Counted from the stretch's first letter, positions 9,762 through 19,631 are shown. The stretch is 64,000 nucleotides of DNA from an uncultured Candidatus Saccharibacteria bacterium (GCA_964507105.1 CAZDOR010000003.1:15011-79010), one strand, 5' to 3'. Notes: generated by a model from the sequence alone, not told the origin. Made by a program: numbers and translations.

Positions 9762-10580
9762 ATGAAAGATATAGTAATAATAGACCTGGAAACAACCGGA
9801 ACCGATCCGAACTTTGATAAAATAATAGAAATTGGTGCCGTAAAAGCTAAAAACCTGGAAATAGTAGATGAATATTGTAGTTTTGTAAATCCGGAAAGAA
9901 AACTTTCCAGAGAAATTATCAACATCACCGGAATTCAAGATTCCGACTTAAAAGATGCTCCCGAGATAGAAACTGTAATGAGCCAGCTGGATAATTTTTT
10001 AAATGGAGATCCGTTAGTTGCTCACAACATGGATTTCGATAGGTCCTTTTTAGAGAAAAATGGTCTTGAAGCTGATTATTTGGATAGTTTGGATTTAGCT
10101 TGCATGCTTTATCCTCGAGAAGAAAAGCATAATCAAGAGTATCTACTGAAAAAAATTTGCGGTACTACCTATGAAGCACACAGAGCTCTGGAAGATGCCA
10201 AAAACTTGCACACACTTTATAAAAGATTACTGAAACGAGCTGACGTCATAGATGAAAGGCTAAAAAAAGAAATTAGGGACGCAACAAAGCCAATCGACTG
10301 GAAATTTAAAAATCTTTTTGAGAGTGTTTCAACCGGACGGGATGATTATTTAACTCCCGAAGCGGAAAAAAATAAGTTTTGTCCGAAAAACTTACCTTCA
10401 CGGGCAAACGGAGTTCCGATGGCTCATCTTATGTCTTGGCTGTTTTATACCGAAACCGGAAACATTACAGAGCTTTCTTATTGGGTGAGAAGAAAATATG
10501 AAAATTTTTTTAACGAGGTAAAAGTCAGAAAGTGCAAAGGTAATTGTAATTATTTTAATAAAAATGAGCGGTTATTCTAA
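9762..10580 (+). CDS. DnaQ-like 3'-5' exonuclease with an uncharacterised C-terminal extension
   Basis: Exo I IVIIDLETTGTDP, Exo II VAHNMDFDRSFL, Exo III HRALEDAKN. About 100 extra C-terminal residues ending in CKGNC. Confidence 0.75.
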   Translation: MKDIVIIDLETTGTDPNFDKIIEIGAVKAKNLEIVDEYCSFVNPERKLSREIINITGIQDSDLKDAPEIETVMSQLDNFLNGDPLVAHNMDFDRSFLEKNGLEADYLDSLDLACMLYPREEKHNQEYLLKKICGTTYEAHRALEDAKNLHTLYKRLLKRADVIDERLKKEIRDATKPIDWKFKNLFESVSTGRDDYLTPEAEKNKFCPKNLPSRANGVPMAHLMSWLFYTETGNITELSYWVRRKYENFFNEVKVRKCKGNCNYFNKNERLF

Positions 10581-11934
10581 AAAATTTGCCAAGAAATTAA
10601 AACCCTTTTTGAACGACAAGGTTTTTACGGTATCGGATTTTATTGATTTTGTAAATGGGTTACTTGAACCACTTAAAGAATGTAAGGTGATCGTGAAGGG
10701 AGAAGTTGGAGAAGATATGTATGTAAACAAAAAAAGAGGGTGGGCAATAGTTAACCTGATTGATAAGCAAGGCTCCACCCTTAATTGTTTTGTGATGCCC
10801 TATGCCGTGGATCGGTTGGGCATTGATTTGGAGCCCGGGCTGGAAGTGAAGGTAGTCGGACATCCCCAAGTAAGGAAAAACAAAGGAAAATTCAGCTTCC
10901 AAGTAAACAGAATAAGTTTAGTCGGAGAAGGGAATTTGAAAAAGCAGTTTAAAGTACTAAAAAATAAATTGAGAAAAGAAGGCTTTTTTGATGAAGAAAA
11001 AAAGAAGCCGATTCCCGAATTTTCAAAAAAAATAGGCCTGATAACTTCGAAAGGCAGTGATGCGGAAAAGGATTTTAAAACTCACTTGAAAAATTACGGT
11101 TTTGAAGTTTTTCTTTTCTCCAGCAGAGTCGAAGGGGAGGCCGCAATTGATGACATAGTCTCCGGAATTAAAAATTTCAATCGAAATTTTACCGATTTGG
11201 ATGCACTGGTGATTACCAGAGGAGGTGGTAGCTGGGAGTCCCTTCAAGCCTTTAATAGTGAGGAGGTGGTTAAAGTTGCCTTTGCTTCAAGTGTACCGAT
11301 TATCTCCGGAATTGGGCACGAAAACGATCTTTCTCTTTTGGATTTAGTGGCTGATAAAAGAGTGTCCACTCCGACGGATGCGGGAAAACTTTTATCAAAG
11401 CCCTGGGAAGATGCGGAAAAAGCGGTAGTTAATTCGGAAAAAAATATATCCACTGCGATAAGAAGAATGATTACTCAAACGGAAAGAAAATTTGAGGAGC
11501 ACCGTAGATTTTTCGAAAGGAAAACAAAACGAATTTTCGTCATAAAAGAAAAAGAACTAAATTACTTTTTAAATAGTTTAACTGATAAAGTGAAAAATAA
11601 AATTAATAAATTTTATTCTCTCGTAAAAGAGCTTAAATCACAGAAATATAAAATAAAAACAAAAATAGAGAGAAATGGAGAAGAAATTATTAATTTAAAT
11701 AAAAATTTAAATCAAAATAAAGATCGTTGGGAGAAGGTTATGAAAACGAAACTGTCCGAAGAAGGAAAAAAATTGAAACTCTCGAGCCCCGAACTAAAAT
11801 TAAGCCAGGGTTACTCGATAACCAAACTGGGCGGAAATATTATTGAGTCCGTTCAAGGTTTATCAGATGGAGATCTGATAGAGACAACTTTTAAGGACGG
11901 TAAAACCGAATCCCGCGTAGAAAAAAATGAGTAA
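10564..11934 (+). CDS. xseA: exodeoxyribonuclease VII large subunit
   Basis: ITRGGGSWESLQAFN and ISGIGHENDLSLLDLVADKRVSTPT catalytic-domain motifs, a long coiled-coil C-terminus, and overlaps with both neighbouring genes. Confidence 0.85.
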   Translation: MSGYSKKFAKKLKPFLNDKVFTVSDFIDFVNGLLEPLKECKVIVKGEVGEDMYVNKKRGWAIVNLIDKQGSTLNCFVMPYAVDRLGIDLEPGLEVKVVGHPQVRKNKGKFSFQVNRISLVGEGNLKKQFKVLKNKLRKEGFFDEEKKKPIPEFSKKIGLITSKGSDAEKDFKTHLKNYGFEVFLFSSRVEGEAAIDDIVSGIKNFNRNFTDLDALVITRGGGSWESLQAFNSEEVVKVAFASSVPIISGIGHENDLSLLDLVADKRVSTPTDAGKLLSKPWEDAEKAVVNSEKNISTAIRRMITQTERKFEEHRRFFERKTKRIFVIKEKELNYFLNSLTDKVKNKINKFYSLVKELKSQKYKIKTKIERNGEEIINLNKNLNQNKDRWEKVMKTKLSEEGKKLKLSSPELKLSQGYSITKLGGNIIESVQGLSDGDLIETTFKDGKTESRVEKNE

Positions 11935-12136
11935 AAATGATGATTTTAACTTTACGGAAGCATATAAAAAAATTGAAGAAATAAATGAATGGTTTCAGAA
12001 AGAAGAAATTAATTTGGAGCAGGCCTTGGATAAATACGAAGAAGGAATGGAGTTGATTGAAAAATGCAAAGGAAGGCTTGAAAAGTCAAAAAACAAGTTT
12101 GAAAATATAAAGAAGAAATATTCGGAAGAGAGTTAA
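11927..12136 (+). CDS. xseB: exodeoxyribonuclease VII small subunit
   Basis: 69-aa helical protein (FTEAYKKIEEI..LEQALDKYEEGMELIEKCKGRL). 8-nt overlap with xseA. Confidence 0.8.
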   Translation: MSKNDDFNFTEAYKKIEEINEWFQKEEINLEQALDKYEEGMELIEKCKGRLEKSKNKFENIKKKYSEES

Positions 12137-12137
12137 T

Positions 12138-13214
12138 ATGTCCATAAAAAAATCGATTAATAAACTTAAAATCGGAGAAAAAGAAAGCACCGAGAAGGCT
12201 AAGGAAAAGATAAAAAAAGCCTTTAAAAAAGAGGAAGAAAAAGCTTCAAAACAGATGATGGGACGATTGAAAGACTACTCTTCAATTGAAAAAGAAAAAG
12301 GGAAAATTGCTTTCATATACGGATTAAAACTTGCTGCTCGAAGTAGAGGGAGAGAGTTTTTTCCTTTATTTACTAAATTCATTACGGATAACATCCAAAG
12401 TGATTCCGGAAATGTCAGACAAGCCGTGATTCGGCTCACCGACACTTTAATTGAGTCATTACTTGTTGATTCTGAGGATTTATCCAAAAAAGAAAAGGAA
12501 GTTTTCAATCAATTTATTGATGAAATCTTAATGCTTTTGGAGAATTACCATGATTTTGAATATGAAGAATATTCCGATATTTCGAATATGCCTCCCTCGG
12601 TTTACAAGAGTTTGGAAATTTTATTATCTAAAATAATGAATCCGGGTCAGAAAAAAACCAGTTATGACCGAAAAACCGGGATGCCGGGATGGATGGATTG
12701 TACCTGGAAAAGAATTCCCTGTGGAGAAGATAATTGTCCGGTATGTAGTAAACTGAACGAGCTGGAAAATGCCGACCTTTTTGAACGAAATGAATTTTTA
12801 ATGAATGCGGCTGAAGAAGATGGAAGCGGGGAGGAAAAAATTCCCAACCCGGAAGATTTCCCTTTTTACATCGAAGTTAGGGATTGGTTGGACGAACTGC
12901 TTTTAATCGCGGAAAAGTCACGGGAAAGAGGTGAATTTTGGATTTTTACGGAAGAGGCGGCAGATTTGTTTTGGTATATGAATGTTTTGAGTGCCAAGAC
13001 TTATCGACAGCTAAGCAATCGATATTTAATTGAGAACTCCGGAAAAAATAATAAAGTGAATTACAATTACACGAACTATGTTCTTAAAGAATCAGTAAAA
13101 AAGATTAAAAAATCATTAAAAATAATTGCGGATAATAATCAGAGTCAAAGATCCGAGCTGGAAGATGCTTTTGAGAAGATTTCTGATATGGAGGAGAGAA
13201 TCTTTAATATATGA
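12138..13214 (+). CDS. hypothetical protein with a Cys4 cluster, coupled to xseAB
   Basis: 358-aa ORF starting 1 nt after the xseB stop. It contains CTWKRIPCGEDNCPVC (C-x6-C-x4-C-x2-C). I recognise no family. Confidence 0.6.
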   Translation: MSIKKSINKLKIGEKESTEKAKEKIKKAFKKEEEKASKQMMGRLKDYSSIEKEKGKIAFIYGLKLAARSRGREFFPLFTKFITDNIQSDSGNVRQAVIRLTDTLIESLLVDSEDLSKKEKEVFNQFIDEILMLLENYHDFEYEEYSDISNMPPSVYKSLEILLSKIMNPGQKKTSYDRKTGMPGWMDCTWKRIPCGEDNCPVCSKLNELENADLFERNEFLMNAAEEDGSGEEKIPNPEDFPFYIEVRDWLDELLLIAEKSRERGEFWIFTEEAADLFWYMNVLSAKTYRQLSNRYLIENSGKNNKVNYNYTNYVLKESVKKIKKSLKIIADNNQSQRSELEDAFEKISDMEERIFNI

Positions 13215-13231
13215 TTAATCTTTGAATAAGA

Positions 13232-13741
13232 ATGAGTAAAATAATAAAAGTTGACGAAAATGATAATAAAATAGGGGAGATTGAGAAGCTCAAGGCTCAC
13301 AAGGAGGAGGTTCTACATAGAGCTTTTTCAGTTTTTATCCTAAATGATGAAGGTGAGATGCTCCTCCAAAAAAGAGCTGATAGTAAATATCATGGCGGAG
13401 GGCTTTGGTCTAATACCTGTTGTAGTCATCCGACTGAAGATGATAACCTGCAAAAACAAGCGGAGAATAGACTGGATGAAGAGATGGGTTTTAAAACTAA
13501 AATAGGAAAAATAGGGGAGGTAAAATACAATCTGGAAGTTGGAGATTTGGTTGAGCATGAATATGACCACTTGCTTGTTGGAGCTTATAACGGCAAGGTT
13601 AACCCTAATCCGGAAGAGGTTTCCGATTATAAATGGATTCCTTTAGAAAAAATAGAAAAAGATTTAGAGGAGAATCCGGATATATACACCCCTTGGTTTA
13701 AATTTTTATATCCCAAAGTTTTAAATTATTTAAGCGCTTAA
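13232..13741 (+). CDS. idi: isopentenyl-diphosphate delta-isomerase, type 1 (Nudix)
   Basis: HRAFSVFILNDEGEMLLQKRA..WSNTCCSHP and EHEYDH motifs typical of type 1 IDI. 169 aa. Confidence 0.85.
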   Translation: MSKIIKVDENDNKIGEIEKLKAHKEEVLHRAFSVFILNDEGEMLLQKRADSKYHGGGLWSNTCCSHPTEDDNLQKQAENRLDEEMGFKTKIGKIGEVKYNLEVGDLVEHEYDHLLVGAYNGKVNPNPEEVSDYKWIPLEKIEKDLEENPDIYTPWFKFLYPKVLNYLSA

Positions 13742-13761
13742 AATTGACTTTCACTTTCATC

Positions 13762-13790
13762 TTGATAGGCTTAAAATAGAAACTTATAAA
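13762..13790 (+). promoter_or_regulatory. sigma70-type promoter
   Basis: TTGATA-17 nt-TATAAA. The -10 ends 15 nt before the ATG at 13806. Confidence 0.5.
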
Positions 13791-13805
13791 ATAAATACTA
13801 AATTT

Positions 13806-14561
13806 ATGAAAAAAATAATAATTTTAATAGTTGTTATTTTGGCTGCCGGATTTCTACTCTTTGGCTTGGAAACTCCGGAAGAGCCGGAAAATGGAGAAGT
13901 GGAACTTCCGGAAAGAGAAATTGAATTTGTAGCCGAAGAAGATCAAGAAGCACAAGAAATAAAGGTTTCTGAAGAGGGTGAGGAAGTTTTTTCACTAACA
14001 ATTGATGAGCTTAATCAATGGACAGCGGATAATTGGGATCATTTTGAAGAACCACCTCAAGTTGGAGGAAGAGATGTTGAGCCGGATAACTTCGGTTTTT
14101 TTGATAGAGCAGCAAGTATTTCCCCTGATAATAGCAGATTAGTATTTTCTGTTCACGATTATGCTGTAGCTACTACAACTGCAGTTGTAATAGTCGCAGA
14201 TTTAGAGACCGGAGATATGGAAATGATGGATAAGGCGACCAGAGGAACTCCTGAAGAGTACGCATGGAGTGAAGATTCTTCCAGAGTTGCATACACTTTA
14301 GGAACAGCGCGAGCTGGAGGAGATTTTCTAAGAGTTGATAATGTGGATGATATGGAAAAGGTTTTCGAGATTAGTGAAGAAGATCTTCTTTCAATAATTG
14401 ATCCGGACGAGGAGGTGATTGATGTAGGACAATTTATGCCGGTTTTTGGTGATTTGGATTGGGAAGAAGAGGTTTTAAGCTTCACAACGGAGGATATTAA
14501 TTCCGATGAGATACTGTCTTGGATTATAAATCAGGATGGAGAAGGCTTAGAACTAAACTAA
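13806..14561 (+). CDS. exported/membrane-anchored, strongly acidic protein of unknown function
   Basis: N-terminal signal anchor (IIILIVVILAAGFLLF), then a D/E-rich sequence. Weak TolB/PD40-like strings (SPDNSRLVFSV, WSEDSSRVAYT). Confidence 0.6.
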   Translation: MKKIIILIVVILAAGFLLFGLETPEEPENGEVELPEREIEFVAEEDQEAQEIKVSEEGEEVFSLTIDELNQWTADNWDHFEEPPQVGGRDVEPDNFGFFDRAASISPDNSRLVFSVHDYAVATTTAVVIVADLETGDMEMMDKATRGTPEEYAWSEDSSRVAYTLGTARAGGDFLRVDNVDDMEKVFEISEEDLLSIIDPDEEVIDVGQFMPVFGDLDWEEEVLSFTTEDINSDEILSWIINQDGEGLELN

Positions 14562-14584
14562 AGTTATATACAGAAAAATAACTT

Positions 14585-14620
14585 AAAGAGCAGCCTTTTA
14601 GGTTGCTCTTTTTTGTTTTA
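14585..14620 (+). terminator. rho-independent terminator after the acidic exported protein gene
   Basis: AAAGAGCAGCC / TTTTA loop / GGTTGCTCTTT (11 bp including one G:U), followed by a T-run. Confidence 0.8.
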
Positions 14621-14627
14621 AGTAAAG

Positions 14628-14636
14628 TGATATAAT
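14628..14636 (+). promoter_or_regulatory. extended -10 promoter for the DUF2177-DUF1295 pair
   Basis: TGA-TATAAT immediately after the upstream terminator, 28 nt before the ATG at 14665. Confidence 0.5.
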
Positions 14637-14664
14637 TAATAATATAAATTTAATTTTATAGCTC

Positions 14665-15066
14665 ATGTATTTATATATTTATTTTATAGCTTTATTTATT
14701 TTTCTAATAATAGATGCTTTATGGCTCGGTGTTGTAGCCAGGAATCTGTATAAAAAAGAGATCGGTTTTTTAATGAAGAAAAATATCAACTGGGTAGCAG
14801 CGATTGTTTTTTATTTACTTTTTATTTTGGGGCTTACCGTTTTTGTAATTGAGCCTGTTATTGTAAGAGACGGGCAGTTTTTAAATTCACTTACATTAGG
14901 GTCCCTTTTTGGGCTTGTTTCGTATGCTACTTATGACCTAACAAATCTTGCAACAATTAAAAAATGGCCAATTAAAGTGACGATAATAGATCTTGCATGG
15001 GGCTCATTTATTGGAGGTATTGTTTCAATTATTACTCACATGATAATAATTAATTTAATTATATGA
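14665..15066 (+). CDS. DUF2177-like small membrane protein
   Basis: 133 aa with 4 TM segments and an IDALWLGVVARNLY N-terminal motif. ATGA-type overlap with the next gene. Confidence 0.5.
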   Translation: MYLYIYFIALFIFLIIDALWLGVVARNLYKKEIGFLMKKNINWVAAIVFYLLFILGLTVFVIEPVIVRDGQFLNSLTLGSLFGLVSYATYDLTNLATIKKWPIKVTIIDLAWGSFIGGIVSIITHMIIINLII

Positions 15067-15833
15067 ATTACTATTTAGCATTGGGGATTATTTTGTTTAT
15101 TTACATTAATTTTTGGTTTCTTTTATCACTGCTTAAAAAGAGGAATGATTTAGCTGATATTGCTTGGGGGCTGGGGTTTGTTCTTTTAGCACTCGTTTCT
15201 TTTTACATTAATTATCAAAATTATGGGTTTTCACTAAGACCGAGCCTTATTACGGGAATGGTCACTTTGTGGGGTGTCAGGCTTGCTTTGCATGTCTATT
15301 TTAGAAACAGGGGAAGAGGTGAGGATTATAGATATAAAAAGTGGAGAGAGGAGTGGAAGTATTTTAAATTAAGGTCCTATTTTCAAGTTTATCTGTTGCA
15401 GGGATTTTTACTTTTCATTATTTCCTTGCCGGTTTTGATGATAAATCAAGCTCCTGTATCAAGCTTACAAATATTTGATTTTATCGGTTTTTCAATTTGG
15501 ATTATTGGTTTTTTGTTCGAGGTCATTGGAGATTATCAACTAAAGAAATTTATAGAGGATCCAGATAAAGAGGGAATTATGCAATCCGGTCTGTGGAAGT
15601 GGAGTAGGCACCCGAATTACTTCGGGGAGGTAATTCAGTGGTGGGGTGTTTGGATTGTTTCAGTTTCAGCAACAACGAATCTTTTTGGAATTTTAGGACC
15701 CATAACTATCAGCCTTTTAATTTTAAAGGTATCCGGAATTCCGCTTTTGGAAGAAAGGATGTCTAAAAAGCCGGGATTTCAGGAATATAAGGAAAAAACA
15801 AGTAAGTTTTTTCCATTACCTCCAAAAAAATAA
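15063..15833 (+). CDS. DUF1295 / steroid 5-alpha-reductase-like membrane protein
   Basis: Polytopic protein of 256 aa. SRHPNYFGEVIQWWG is the hallmark C-terminal motif of this family. Confidence 0.7.
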   Translation: MNYYLALGIILFIYINFWFLLSLLKKRNDLADIAWGLGFVLLALVSFYINYQNYGFSLRPSLITGMVTLWGVRLALHVYFRNRGRGEDYRYKKWREEWKYFKLRSYFQVYLLQGFLLFIISLPVLMINQAPVSSLQIFDFIGFSIWIIGFLFEVIGDYQLKKFIEDPDKEGIMQSGLWKWSRHPNYFGEVIQWWGVWIVSVSATTNLFGILGPITISLLILKVSGIPLLEERMSKKPGFQEYKEKTSKFFPLPPKK

Positions 15834-15907
15834 CAAACTTCAAAGTCTTGTGTGTTTATGAGGCTTTTGTTTTGTGTTATTGTTAATAAATAGTTATAGG
15901 TTTATTT

Positions 15908-16657
15908 GTGACAAGTATGAATTTGGAAAACATTTTAGCAACTTTTGTTGTTTTTATTTTTATAGGGTGGATCATTGAAGTAGCGTATAGATCTTATCAA
16001 GCTAAAAATATTGTCAACCCGGGATTTTTAAGCGGCCCTTATGTTCCTATTTATGGGTTCGGCGGATTGGTGACCTACTTTATTTCATTCCATTCCGAAG
16101 AATTGTCACTTTTTAGGTCGGCTTTCTTTTTTATACTGGCAATTGCTTTTTTGGAATATTTTACCGGTTTATTTTTTCAAAAAATATTCAAGGTTCGTTT
16201 GTGGGATTATTCTGATGAGAGGCTAAATCTTAACAGTCATATTTGTCCTAAGTTTTTATTTTATTGGTTTGTTTTGGGAGCCGTTTTCAGGTATTTTCTT
16301 TTTCCGTATTTTGATTATTTAGTTCGTGAAGTTGTTGTTTCCGGTGTGGGTCTTTTTACTCTCGGGTTTTTCTACGGAGTTTTTGCTGTTGATTTGATTA
16401 TTTCTTTTAATTTGGCTTATAGGGCAAGAAAAACGATCAACGCCTTCGGTGAAAATTATATTTCCGGAAGAGTTCTTACTCTTAAAGGATTATATAGAGA
16501 GGTTAGCTCGAATTTAAATCAACGAGTTGATACTTCCGGATTTAAGAAAAGAGGATCATATTTCTTGAACTATTTTAGATTAAAAAGAAACATAAAAGAG
16601 GAATTGGAGGAGGCGATTAAAGAAAAGATTGAAAAAATAAGAGATAATAATTTTTAA
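15908..16657 (+). CDS. polytopic membrane protein (PF06541 'putative ABC-transporter type IV'-like)
   Basis: GTG start; an alternative ATG lies at 15917. GWIIEVAYRS and SGPYVPIYGFGG strings match my memory of this family. 249 aa. Confidence 0.5.
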   Translation: MTSMNLENILATFVVFIFIGWIIEVAYRSYQAKNIVNPGFLSGPYVPIYGFGGLVTYFISFHSEELSLFRSAFFFILAIAFLEYFTGLFFQKIFKVRLWDYSDERLNLNSHICPKFLFYWFVLGAVFRYFLFPYFDYLVREVVVSGVGLFTLGFFYGVFAVDLIISFNLAYRARKTINAFGENYISGRVLTLKGLYREVSSNLNQRVDTSGFKKRGSYFLNYFRLKRNIKEELEEAIKEKIEKIRDNNF

Positions 16658-16674
16658 AGATTAAATTAATTTGT

Positions 16675-17229
16675 ATGTGGAATAAAAAAGAACAGGAAGC
16701 AGTAGAGTTTTCTTTTAAAGCGCATGAAAAACAAAAAAGAAAAGGGACGGGAATATCCTATGTGTCTCATCCGATGACAGTTGCCGTTATTTTAGCTAAG
16801 TTGAATGCAAATCAAACTCAAATATTAGCGGGAATATTGCATGATATACTCGAGGATACCGAATTCAAAAAAACGGATATAAAGAGAAAGTTCGGAACGG
16901 AAGTGGCTAATTTGGTTGAGGAAGTCTCCGAATCGGATAAGGATATGCCTTATATGGAAAGAAAAGAGCGAGCAGCAGCCAAACTTTTTGTAATTTCTGA
17001 AGAAGCGGTCTTGGTCAAAGCGGCTGATGTCTTGTCAAATATGGTGGATTTGATTACCGACTTACAAAGAAAATCGGGAGAGGCTTTTGAAATTTTCAAT
17101 ACGGACAAAAATGGGAAGATAAAGCAAATGGAACGAGTAGTTAAAATTTTAGTTTCGAGAATTAAAAATAAGAAATTAGCTGAATCATTGAAGAAAAATC
17201 TCAAGAAAATCAAGGAATATGAAGATTAA
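16675..17229 (+). CDS. HD-domain phosphohydrolase (RelA/SpoT-type (p)ppGpp hydrolase-like)
   Basis: YVSHPMTVAVILA, AGILHDILEDT and KAADVLSNM match the HD_4-type hydrolase domain. No synthetase domain is present. 184 aa. Confidence 0.7.
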   Translation: MWNKKEQEAVEFSFKAHEKQKRKGTGISYVSHPMTVAVILAKLNANQTQILAGILHDILEDTEFKKTDIKRKFGTEVANLVEEVSESDKDMPYMERKERAAAKLFVISEEAVLVKAADVLSNMVDLITDLQRKSGEAFEIFNTDKNGKIKQMERVVKILVSRIKNKKLAESLKKNLKKIKEYED

Positions 17230-19162
17230 TTATGAAAATTCGCTTAATGAGGAACAGCTTGATGTGGTTAAAAATGGGGATGGGTATGCGCTGGTATTGA
17301 GCGGCCCTGGCTCGGGAAAAACTCGAACATTGACTTTTCGCACTGCTTATTTATTGGAAAAAGGTATTAAGCCCGACCGGATATTACTTTTAACTTTTAC
17401 GAAAAAAGCTGCCAATGAAATGTTAAGCAGGATAGAAAAATTGATAGGCTCGGATGCACAAAGAGTTCTCGGGGGAACTTTTCATCATATGGGAAATCAT
17501 TATTTACGCAGGTATGCGGATAGGTTGGGTTATAGTTTAAACTATACGATACTCGATCAGAAAGATAGCAAAGATTTTATTAAGATTATAGTTGAGGAAA
17601 TAGACAAAGAAGGCGAACTACCCGGAGTAAAGTCGGTTCAAAGGATCATTTCTCTGGCTACCAATTCGAATAAATCAATCTCAAAAATTGTGGATAATGA
17701 AATTAAATCGAATTCGGCTTTGGAGAAACTACAAGAGGTTGAAAAAATGTATCGTAAAAGAAAATTAGAAAAAGATTTGATGGATTTCGATGATTTATTG
17801 ATTAATTGGTTAAAGCTTTTGGACAATCCCGATTTAAAAGAGAAGATAACTAAAAAATTTGAATATATTTTAGTTGATGAGTATCAGGACACCAATGTAA
17901 TTCAAGGTGATCTTTTGGAAAAGTTAAGCTCTTATCATAAAAATTTAATGGTTGTGGGAGATGACTCGCAAAGTATATATTCATTTCGAGCTGCTGAAAT
18001 CAAAAATATTTTGAATTTTTCGGAGAAATATCCGGCAAAAGTCTTTAAATTGGAAACTAATTATAGAAGCACTCCCGAAATTTTAAATTTAGCTAATTGC
18101 ATAATTCAAAATAATACTTCCAAGCTACAGAAAGATCTGAAATCCGTTAAAAATGAAGGACCTAACCCGACTGTCGTTTGCCTTACATCACCAAGGGAGC
18201 AATCAAGATTTATTGTTCAAAAACTGAACTCCCAATTGAAGCCCGGCAATTCAGCGATCCTTTTCAGAGCTCATTATCATGCAGCCGGTTTGGAGTTGGA
18301 GTTGGCAAAAAAGGGAATTCCTTATACGGTAAGAGGGGGAACCAGGTTTTTCGAACAAGCTCATGTTAAAGATATTTCTGCATTTTTAAAAATCCTTGTT
18401 AATTTTAAAGACACTCCTTCCTGGATGAGGGTTTTGAAGAAGCAGCCCGGTGTCGGTGACGCATACGCTAAAAGGGTTACCGATATGACAACTGCTTTCA
18501 ATAAGCAGGAAGAAATTTTGAAAAACAAAAATAAAGTCTTGGAGGCAGTCCCTTCGAGGATAAAGCCCAAAGTTGAGGAAATTTTAAATTTGATGAAGGC
18601 TGTCAAAAATACTAAAAGTACGGAGAAGGGAATTTCTAAAATTCTTAAAAATTGGTATGGGGAAAAGCTCGAGAAAGATTTTGATAATCCTGAAGAAAGA
18701 ATGGAAGACTTGAATCAACTTATAAATCTGGCAAAAGAGTACAGCAATTTACGTGTAATGCTTTCAGATTTTGCCTTGAGTGAAGATTTTGAAGTGGATA
18801 AAGCGTCCGAAAAGTCATTAACACTCAGCACTATTCATCAGGCCAAAGGATTGGAGTGGAAAAATGTATTCATAATTAGCTTGAAAGAAGGAAAGTTTCC
18901 GCACAAAAAATCTATGGAAGAAAACCTGATTGAGGAAGAAAGAAGGCTTTTTTATGTGGCGGTTACGAGATGTAAAGAGAACTTATTTCTAACTTATCCG
19001 GTCTTTGAAAAGGGCCAGTCCTCGGGTCCTTCCAGATTTTTGCGAGAAGCTGATGATTATTTGGAAGAAAACCGGACAGAAGACGGAGAACTAACTACCG
19101 AATTAATTGATGAAGATGAAGAAATTGAACTTATTGATGAAGATGATTTCGATTTCTTTTAA
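17219..19162 (+). CDS. UvrD/Rep/PcrA-family DNA helicase
   Basis: Walker A GPGSGKTRT, DEYQDTN, VGDDSQSIYSFRAA, TNYRST, TIHQAKGLEW, YVAVTRC, and an acidic C-terminal tail. Overlaps the HD gene by 11 nt. Confidence 0.85.
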   Translation: MKINYENSLNEEQLDVVKNGDGYALVLSGPGSGKTRTLTFRTAYLLEKGIKPDRILLLTFTKKAANEMLSRIEKLIGSDAQRVLGGTFHHMGNHYLRRYADRLGYSLNYTILDQKDSKDFIKIIVEEIDKEGELPGVKSVQRIISLATNSNKSISKIVDNEIKSNSALEKLQEVEKMYRKRKLEKDLMDFDDLLINWLKLLDNPDLKEKITKKFEYILVDEYQDTNVIQGDLLEKLSSYHKNLMVVGDDSQSIYSFRAAEIKNILNFSEKYPAKVFKLETNYRSTPEILNLANCIIQNNTSKLQKDLKSVKNEGPNPTVVCLTSPREQSRFIVQKLNSQLKPGNSAILFRAHYHAAGLELELAKKGIPYTVRGGTRFFEQAHVKDISAFLKILVNFKDTPSWMRVLKKQPGVGDAYAKRVTDMTTAFNKQEEILKNKNKVLEAVPSRIKPKVEEILNLMKAVKNTKSTEKGISKILKNWYGEKLEKDFDNPEERMEDLNQLINLAKEYSNLRVMLSDFALSEDFEVDKASEKSLTLSTIHQAKGLEWKNVFIISLKEGKFPHKKSMEENLIEEERRLFYVAVTRCKENLFLTYPVFEKGQSSGPSRFLREADDYLEENRTEDGELTTELIDEDEEIELIDEDDFDFF

Positions 19163-19166
19163 TCCT

Positions 19167-19194
19167 TTGCAATGATGAGTTTAATTATTATAAT
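19167..19194 (+). promoter_or_regulatory. sigma70-type promoter of the 134-aa gene
   Basis: TTGCAA-16 nt-TATAAT, followed by an AAGGAGGGGG SD. Confidence 0.55.
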
Positions 19195-19226
19195 GAGTTA
19201 ACATGCTAAGAAAGGAGGGGGTGGCA

Positions 19227-19631
19227 ATGAAAGTTAAGTACTTTGAAAAATCAAAAATGAAGAAGGCCTTGAAAGAGTTAAAGAAAAACGGTAAAAAACC
19301 TATTTTAACGAAGATTAAAAACATCAAAAAAGAATCCAGAATTAAATTTTTAGTAAAACAATATTCCGAAATAATGGAGCTGGATAACAGAAATAAAAAT
19401 TGGCTTTTGTGGAGAATTAATCAAATAGTTGATATTGACTTATGTCCCTTTTTCAGATTGGGAGACAATAATAAGAAGCAATTTTGTGTACCATTATATG
19501 ACAGTGAAGAATATTCGGAACTGATAAAAATAATGGAAAGAAAAGATCGCTATTACTCGCTTCGTCGAGTTGAAACGAATTGTAATCTATTAAAATATAA
19601 AAACTGCCCTAAGAAAAAAATACTTTCATAG
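19227..19631 (+). CDS. hypothetical Lys-rich protein with four Cys
   Basis: The track ORF starts at 19203. AAGGAGGGGG at 19213-19222 favours the ATG at 19227 (134 aa). The gene has its own promoter-like element and a strong terminator. Confidence 0.55.
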   Translation: MKVKYFEKSKMKKALKELKKNGKKPILTKIKNIKKESRIKFLVKQYSEIMELDNRNKNWLLWRINQIVDIDLCPFFRLGDNNKKQFCVPLYDSEEYSELIKIMERKDRYYSLRRVETNCNLLKYKNCPKKKILS

